The notes under the pieces were generated by a model. That model was given only the letters and a program-made list of their open reading frames with translations, made no database searches and was not told the DNA's origin. From Aliivibrio fischeri ES114 (GTDB taxonomy: Bacteria > Pseudomonadota > Gammaproteobacteria > Enterobacterales > Vibrionaceae): 32,000 nt of DNA. Of this stretch, positions 26,478-32,000 are shown one piece after another. The stretch lies in assembly GCF_000011805.1 (NCBI RefSeq), contig NC_006841.2. One strand, written 5' to 3'. A program made the translations under genes and the position numbers. Numbering within the stretch: the stretch's first letter is position 1; the number at the start of each line of letters is the position of its first letter.

Positions 26478-27428
26478 ATGGATTTTTCTAATCGCTTACT
26501 TTTATTGTTAGAGGTCACTGAACTTGGCTCTTTTACTAATGTTGCAGAGCAAAAGAATCTTGATCGCTCAGTCATTTCAAAGCAGATAAGTCGTTTAGAA
26601 GAAGAGTTAGGGGTTCGCTTACTTAACCGCACCACGCGCTCGTTATCATTAACCGCTGCGGGTAATGAGATGGTCAACCAAGCAAAGCTATTGCGTGATT
26701 TGCTTAATAACACTCACCGTTTAGCGCAAAACTATCATTCTGAACCAAGAGGGATATTACGAATTACCAGTTCAATGATGTTTGGACGACAGTACGTTCA
26801 AGATGCAATCTCGGTTTTTCAGAAGCAATATCCAGATGTGAAGTGCGAGCTGAGATTAGAAGATAGAGTGGTGGATATTGTGCAAGAAGGCTTTGATATT
26901 GGTTTTCGTATTGGCAGACCAAAGAACTCCAGTTTGATCTCACGTAAAATTGCTCGAAGCCGTTTGTTAATTGTCGCGTCGCCTGATTTTATTCAACAGC
27001 ATGGGAAAATAGAGACGATTGAAAAGCTAGAATCTCTACCCGCGACGATTTATGCAGCTCCCGGTTTATTTATTGATAAATTTACTTATCTTGATGAAAA
27101 CAAGGTTGAACAACAGTTTCATTTGAATGTCGCGTATAAAGTGAATGATGTTGAAATGGTAGTAAAAAGTGCGGTAGCGGGTAATACGCTTGCAGTAGTC
27201 ACAGCCCAAATGATTGAAAACGAAATTATTGAAGGAAAGCTTATCCCAATAATGACGCATTTGAATCTTGAAGATTTTGGAACTTTTTTTGCTGTATACC
27301 CACATCGAGATGCCCCCATCAAAACCAAGTTATTTATTGATGTTTTAAAATCGATTATTGGAGAGGACTCTCCGATGTGGGAGAAAAATATACCAGATTT
27401 CGCCAAATTGTACGGTGGTACGAAGTAG
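26478..27428 (+). CDS. LysR-family transcriptional regulator
   Basis: N-terminal wHTH (LGSFTNVAEQKNLDRSVISKQISRLEEELGVRLLNRTTR). It is divergent from the crotonase gene. Confidence 0.9.
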   Translation: MDFSNRLLLLLEVTELGSFTNVAEQKNLDRSVISKQISRLEEELGVRLLNRTTRSLSLTAAGNEMVNQAKLLRDLLNNTHRLAQNYHSEPRGILRITSSMMFGRQYVQDAISVFQKQYPDVKCELRLEDRVVDIVQEGFDIGFRIGRPKNSSLISRKIARSRLLIVASPDFIQQHGKIETIEKLESLPATIYAAPGLFIDKFTYLDENKVEQQFHLNVAYKVNDVEMVVKSAVAGNTLAVVTAQMIENEIIEGKLIPIMTHLNLEDFGTFFAVYPHRDAPIKTKLFIDVLKSIIGEDSPMWEKNIPDFAKLYGGTK

Positions 27429-27454
27429 TTTGTCGGTTTAGCTTTGAGCTGTTT

Positions 27455-27880
27455 TTAAGCGTTAAGGTTTCTCGCCATCTTCTCTGCAATACGCTTAAAT
27501 TCAGCGATCTCTTCATCAGAGAGATCCATCGACATCTTTTCAAACATACTTTTATCAATCCCCGAGATTTTTTTCATAATCTCTTTGCCACCTTCAGTGA
27601 TACGAAGGCATTGGCTTCGCTTATCTTCAGGATTAGGCTCTTTAATGATGAGTTCTTGTGTTAATAAAGAGCTTAAAAGGCGTGTGACTTGAGCTTTATC
27701 TCTATGTAAATAATTAGCAATATCAATGGCTGTACAATGTGGTTTGTGGTTAATGATCTTGATAACACGCACATGCATAGGAGTGATCCCAAGCGCTAAT
27801 TCTTCAATTTGGTCATGTAAATTACGCTTTAATGTATGCACGAGCGTGAACAAACTCTCTAACGATTTTCTTTCTGACAT
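27455..27880 (-). CDS. MarR-family transcriptional regulator
   Basis: wHTH region (CTAIDIANYLHRDKAQVTRLLSSLLTQELI). The start is set at the internal ATG at 27880 (141 aa), because the track start lies inside the operator and has no SD. Confidence 0.85.
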   Translation of the reverse strand: MSERKSLESLFTLVHTLKRNLHDQIEELALGITPMHVRVIKIINHKPHCTAIDIANYLHRDKAQVTRLLSSLLTQELIIKEPNPEDKRSQCLRITEGGKEIMKKISGIDKSMFEKMSMDLSDEEIAEFKRIAEKMARNLNA

Positions 27881-27902
27881 TAAACTCTCACCATGAAAAG
27901 TG

Positions 27903-27944
27903 GTTGACATTATCAACTAAAAATATATAGTTGATATTATCAAC
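27903..27944. promoter_or_regulatory. tandem palindromic operator boxes overlapping a sigma70 promoter
   Basis: GTTGACATTATCAAC (27903-27917) and GTTGATATTATCAAC (27930-27944). TTGACA (27904-27909), a 16-nt spacer and TATAGT (27926-27931) face the + strand gene. Confidence 0.7.
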
Positions 27945-28027
27945 TTAATTGAGCGTTCTTTCAAGAGGAAGCTCAAATCAGTTTGTTGTTATTTACGACA
28001 CAATTCAGATTATTAGAAGGTAGAACT

Positions 28028-28330
28028 ATGATCCCTAAAATTAGAAAAGATAAGTGTTACCGAGTGACAATTGAAGAGATAACACCAGAGCAAGAAGTGG
28101 CTCAAACATTAGCATTTGAATTTCAAGATCGTGAAGATGTATTTAATATCGTGAACAACCTAAAGCAAAAAAGTGGTTTAGAGCCAGAAGTAGCAACCAG
28201 AGTAGGTGTTGCATTGCGTTTATTGGGTCCTGTGATGATGGCAAATCGTAAACATGAATTGTTTGCTGACTTTATGCCGCACTTTAAAACCTTTATGCAG
28301 AATTTGAAGAGTAAAGTGAAAGGCAAATAA
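28028..28330 (+). CDS. hypothetical 100-aa protein (possibly DUF3861-like)
   Basis: An ATG at 28028 follows a GAAGG SD. It is divergent from marR and has a terminator downstream. The family guess is from memory only. Confidence 0.65.
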   Translation: MIPKIRKDKCYRVTIEEITPEQEVAQTLAFEFQDREDVFNIVNNLKQKSGLEPEVATRVGVALRLLGPVMMANRKHELFADFMPHFKTFMQNLKSKVKGK

Positions 28331-28363
28331 GAAAGTAATGCTTTAAGAGCATATTGAAAATCT

Positions 28364-28396
28364 AAAGCCGAGTGAGATATACACTCGGCTTTTTTG
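28364..28396. terminator. bidirectional terminator
   Basis: AAAGCCGAGTG-agatata-CACTCGGCTTT followed by TTTT. The minus side continues TTTAGATTTTC. Confidence 0.85.
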
Positions 28397-28397
28397 C

Positions 28398-29642
28398 TTA
28401 CGCTCTGCGCTTTTTAAAAGCATACCAACCGGCGCTTAGTAAAGTTTTAAGTACCACACTAAATGCACTCAATTGAGGGTCAGCGTCCTTTCCATCTGCA
28501 ATACGCCACATTTGATGCTCATACCAAACAAGTCCTACCATCGCCATTTTATCTAATGCAGGTTTGCCTGTTGTTGGTTCTGCTAACGGCATTCCATAGT
28601 TTGAATCGTGCATTAATTTATTTGGGAAATCAGGGTCAACAGCCATGGTTCGTGCAATACCGATAAAGTCAGTCGCAGAGGTATTTAAGGCTTCATTCAT
28701 TGCAGGGGCAGAGCGAAAACCACCAGTCACAACCAAAGGTGTATTAACTAGTGTTCTTACTTTTTCCATGTAATCCATAAAGTAAGCTTCACGTTTAACG
28801 GTACTTTCTTTTACTGGTTTATTTTTATCTTTGGCTCCCATCATTGATGGACTCTCGTAAGTGCCGCCAGATATCTCAATTAAGTCGATGCCATTATTAC
28901 TTAAGGCTTGCACAACCTGCATTGATTCTTTTTCAGTGAAACCGCCTTTCATAAAATCGGCACTATTAAGCTTAATGCCTACCGGGAATTCAGCCCCAAC
29001 TTCTTTACGAATAGCATTATATACTTCGAGTACGAAACGCAGTCGGTTTTCTAATGAACCACCCCATTTGTCGTTTCGTTTATTGTGCCTTGAGGATAAA
29101 AATTGACTAACAAGATAACCATGAGCACCATGAATTTGTACTCCAGTAAAGCCTGCTTGCTTTGCTAGTTTGGCACTGGTAGCGAATTTAGTAATGATCT
29201 CATGGATTTCACTCTCAGTGAGGGCTCGTGGAGTATTAAAGCCTTTTTCTAACCCACGCTCTAGTGAGATAGCTGAGGGAGCAACAGGGTTAGCACATAG
29301 AAATTTTGGAATTTGCTTACCTGGATGGTTAAGTTGCATCCATATGTGTGAGCTATTTTGCGTGCCTGCCTTTGCCCATTCACTAAATAATCTAAGGTCA
29401 CTTTTATCATCTAAAACCACATTCTTAGGCTCGCCAAGGGCGGTTCTATCCACCATGACATTGCCTGTCATCGATAAACCAATACCACCTTTAGCCCAAC
29501 GCGCGTATAAGGTTACCAAACCAGAAGTAGGGTTATGCAGTTTATCGCCAAGCTGTTCACTCATTGCCGATTTGAAAAGACGGTTTTTAATAACTTGACC
29601 ATTGGTAAGAGTAAATGGCTGGTTGAGATTTATCGAATTCAT
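28398..29642 (-). CDS. NADH:flavin oxidoreductase, Old Yellow Enzyme family
   Basis: 414 aa with a TIM-barrel OYE pattern (FKSAMSE, HGAHGYL.SQFLS, GGF). Confidence 0.85.
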   Translation of the reverse strand: MNSINLNQPFTLTNGQVIKNRLFKSAMSEQLGDKLHNPTSGLVTLYARWAKGGIGLSMTGNVMVDRTALGEPKNVVLDDKSDLRLFSEWAKAGTQNSSHIWMQLNHPGKQIPKFLCANPVAPSAISLERGLEKGFNTPRALTESEIHEIITKFATSAKLAKQAGFTGVQIHGAHGYLVSQFLSSRHNKRNDKWGGSLENRLRFVLEVYNAIRKEVGAEFPVGIKLNSADFMKGGFTEKESMQVVQALSNNGIDLIEISGGTYESPSMMGAKDKNKPVKESTVKREAYFMDYMEKVRTLVNTPLVVTGGFRSAPAMNEALNTSATDFIGIARTMAVDPDFPNKLMHDSNYGMPLAEPTTGKPALDKMAMVGLVWYEHQMWRIADGKDADPQLSAFSVVLKTLLSAGWYAFKKRRA

Positions 29643-29672
29643 ACGTGCCTTATGGTTATATTATTATGTGAT

Positions 29673-29708
29673 TAGGGCGTGTTAATCATAAAAGATCAAC
29701 ACGCCCTA
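29673..29708. repeat. perfect 11-bp GC-rich inverted repeat TAGGGCGTGTT / AACACGCCCTA
   Basis: The loop is 14 nt. It lies between the MFS stop (29782) and the OYE start (29642). No U-tract on either strand. Confidence 0.7.
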
Positions 29709-29781
29709 GTTAGTATGCACTATTTTATCGATATAAATGTAAAGATTGCACAATTTGTATGCGCGTATGTTAATACTATAT

Positions 29782-30981
29782 TTAGCCAACCATCTCGCAT
29801 TGTCCTTCGATTTTTACTTTCTGTTTCTTCTCTAACACTTCAAATACAATCAACAGTACTGCTGCGATGATGGCACCGATAAAGCATAAATACAGTGCGC
29901 TGTAATAGTTGTATAGTTCACCTACCACACCAACTAAAACACTGGATACCAACACACTGATATTCAACATGTTTGAGAATAGGGTAGACGCAGTGCCTAA
30001 TCTGTCTTTCATCATATCTTGTAATGCAACCATACCAAGCGTTGCACAAACACCAATAAAGAAACCATTCAGTATTTGAGCTATTAACATTGAAGTAAAG
30101 CTGGTGCTTGAAAGCATAACAAGAAAGAACATAGCGCCAGATATAACACCAAGGGTCATTACTCTGGTTGTACCCATTTTCTCAGCCATTTTTCCTGCTC
30201 CAAGCATCACAGGGATCTCGCATGCTGCAGCCACACCAAACATCAGTCCTAACCAACTAACATCCACTTGTAACTCTTGTGAAAGATACAAAGGCATACT
30301 TGTAATGTACAAATTGTTAGCTGAAAAGGCACAGACGATAATGAAACAATAGAGGATTACTATGCGTCCGAGAGGCTTATGTTCAGTAATTGCGGCTGTT
30401 TTTTCTTCTTTTGTTACGACGTTATCAGGAATAAATTTAGCAATGATCAGTATTGCTACTGATACTGTTATAGCAGAGACAGCAAATGCTGCACTGAATC
30501 CAAATTGTGCTTTAAGCATGAATGCTGCTGGTGGGCCAAATACCCAAGCTATGGCAAGACCCGCTCGCATTGTTGCTAAAAAACTGGTGCTGTTGGTAAC
30601 GTGTCTGTCACCATATTCACGACCTAAAGCAAACAGTTGACCAAAAGAAGCACCACTTACGCTCCCAAATACGACCGCCATGGTAATCGCTAACCAATAA
30701 TCACGAATAACAGTAAAACTGGCGACTAAAATTAAGTAGCTTGCTAGTGATATCATCAGAATGGTTTTACGATTCCAATGCGTGTCTGAGCGTTTAGCAA
30801 TAAATTGAGATACGATCACTGAACTGCTGACTGCAAGTGTCATATATAGACTCAGCATCATTGGTGAAGCATCTAGCTCTTCAACAATGAATAGGCTTGA
30901 TAGTGGATAAAAAAATGCACTGCAAAGCCCCGTTATAAAAGCGGTAAAAATAAATAGTAAAGAGGTTTTATCTTTATACAT
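29782..30981 (-). CDS. MFS sugar-efflux transporter (SetA/SotB-like)
   Basis: 399 aa with 12 predicted TM segments. The N-terminal region resembles the E. coli Set family from memory. Confidence 0.75.
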   Translation of the reverse strand: MYKDKTSLLFIFTAFITGLCSAFFYPLSSLFIVEELDASPMMLSLYMTLAVSSSVIVSQFIAKRSDTHWNRKTILMISLASYLILVASFTVIRDYWLAITMAVVFGSVSGASFGQLFALGREYGDRHVTNSTSFLATMRAGLAIAWVFGPPAAFMLKAQFGFSAAFAVSAITVSVAILIIAKFIPDNVVTKEEKTAAITEHKPLGRIVILYCFIIVCAFSANNLYITSMPLYLSQELQVDVSWLGLMFGVAAACEIPVMLGAGKMAEKMGTTRVMTLGVISGAMFFLVMLSSTSFTSMLIAQILNGFFIGVCATLGMVALQDMMKDRLGTASTLFSNMLNISVLVSSVLVGVVGELYNYYSALYLCFIGAIIAAVLLIVFEVLEKKQKVKIEGQCEMVG

Positions 30982-31172
30982 AACTCAATTCCAGTATACG
31001 AAATGTGGTTTAAGTGATCATTTGGTTTTACGGGTAGTCTACTTAATGATGAGCCTATTAATTGATGTTATTCGAGCTAGATCTAATACTATTCATTCAT
31101 CTTGTTATGCTTCTTTGACAGAAAATTATCACCATACTATTCTGAAACGGAAAGGAATCGATTGGAGTAGCA

Positions 31173-32000
31173 ATGAAGCTGTTTAAAGAGCATGTACTGA
31201 ATTTACCTAATTTTGACTGGATCGTAAGAGAGTTTCATTGTCGAGTTGAAGATAATGAGTTTGCGTGCTCTTGGCATTATCATTCTGAGTATGAATTGGT
31301 GTTGTATCTTGATCCTGATGGGGCATTTCAAGGTAGCTATTTTGCAGGTGATGCAATTGGTGATATTCACCATAATTCTTTATTTCTTTATGGCCCTGGT
31401 TTACCTCATATGGTGGCAGGAAGAAGTGTGAAGGTAGAACAGTCAAAGCACCACACTTTAATTATCTGGTTTGCTCATCATTGGGTTGAACGCTTAATTG
31501 CACTTATTCCTGAAGCAAGAAACTTAAAACGTTTATTGGATAATTCGGCTTATGGACTGTCGTTTAGCGTAGAGGTAGCACTGAAGGTATCGGAATTATT
31601 AAAACAAGCAACATCATTAGATCGCCACCAACAAGCTGTAAAAGTTATTGAGATAGTAGTGAGCCTTGCTGATGATATTGAAGCAAAGAAATTATCAACA
31701 ACACCTTATCGAATTAAACCTCTTTCGGACGATTCAGAATTTAATCACCGCATTGAACGAGCGACGAGATACATAGAAAAACACTATGGTGATGCGATAA
31801 AGATTGCTGATTTATGCAAACGACTTCATATGAGTGAGAGCTCGGCTTATCGTATGTTTGAAAAACATTATGGGATGAGTTTTTCTGATCATATAAAGCA
31901 ATACCGCATTGGTAAAGCTTGTGAATTGTTAGCGAGTACTAACTTACCTGTTTCGCTTGTTGCTGAGAAAACAGGGTTTAAAAATATATCTAATTTTAAT
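31173..32000 (+). CDS. AraC-family transcriptional regulator, 3' end outside the window; absent from the ORF track
   Basis: Hand translation from the ATG at 31173 (GGAG SD) gives 276 codons with no stop up to the window edge. The C-terminal part has an AraC HTH (IADLCKRLHMSESSAYRMFEKHYGMSFSDHIKQYRIGKACELL). It is divergent from the MFS gene. Confidence 0.85.
   Translation, partial: MKLFKEHVLNLPNFDWIVREFHCRVEDNEFACSWHYHSEYELVLYLDPDGAFQGSYFAGDAIGDIHHNSLFLYGPGLPHMVAGRSVKVEQSKHHTLIIWFAHHWVERLIALIPEARNLKRLLDNSAYGLSFSVEVALKVSELLKQATSLDRHQQAVKVIEIVVSLADDIEAKKLSTTPYRIKPLSDDSEFNHRIERATRYIEKHYGDAIKIADLCKRLHMSESSAYRMFEKHYGMSFSDHIKQYRIGKACELLASTNLPVSLVAEKTGFKNISNFN

Noticed and set aside
26093-31446. 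Remaining short track ORFs (26093, 26474, 27066, 27119, 27355, 27377, 28123, 28463, 28861, 29170, 29679, 30104, 30362, 31207, 31246)
   Set aside because: All are shadows of the crotonase, LysR, MarR, OYE, MFS or AraC genes. 31207 and 31246 overlap the AraC reading frame that I translated by hand.
1-32000. Search for CRISPR arrays, tRNA/rRNA genes, IS elements, integrases, prophage or known defence-system gene sets
   Set aside because: I saw no regularly spaced direct repeats other than the origin iterons. There are no cloverleaf-like GC-rich segments, and no transposase, integrase, RT, nuclease-helicase or cyclase ORFs. The patatin lipase and the DEDDh exonuclease stand alone, without CBASS-type or similar partners.

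Overview
This AT-rich window looks like the origin-proximal end of a Vibrionaceae secondary chromosome, and the proteins look Aliivibrio-like. Bases 1-1046 carry a complete oriCII-type control region: a perfect parS2 centromere site, two 41-nt GATC-free repeats, scattered and phased GATC-centred iterons, a consensus DnaA box and a GATC-dense AT-rich stretch. The initiator gene rctB follows at 1047-3038. The rest is about 30 mostly ordinary chromosomal genes. They include RidA, a glycosidase-like lipoprotein, an M20 peptidase, exported MsrAB, Gfa, a patatin lipase, catalase, an AA10 LPMO, an OMP, the ABC-F protein YbiT, a DEDDh exonuclease and an RsgA paralogue. Further on are a PRTase, a POT transporter, a crotonase with a LysR regulator, a MarR/OYE module, a sugar-efflux MFS and a 3'-truncated AraC gene that the ORF track misses. 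I saw no tRNA, rRNA, CRISPR array, transposase, integrase or recognisable defence system. The points most worth a second look are: (1) four more iteron-like sites downstream of rctB, flanking the ridA-family gene; (2) the parS2 site next to the paired 41-mers; (3) a second perfect parS2 at 13084-13098; (4) two paralogous small tail-anchored membrane proteins, one absent from the ORF track, in or near an islet of orphan small genes at 21.7-23.1 kb. All homology calls come from recognising the translated sequences from memory. No searches were run.
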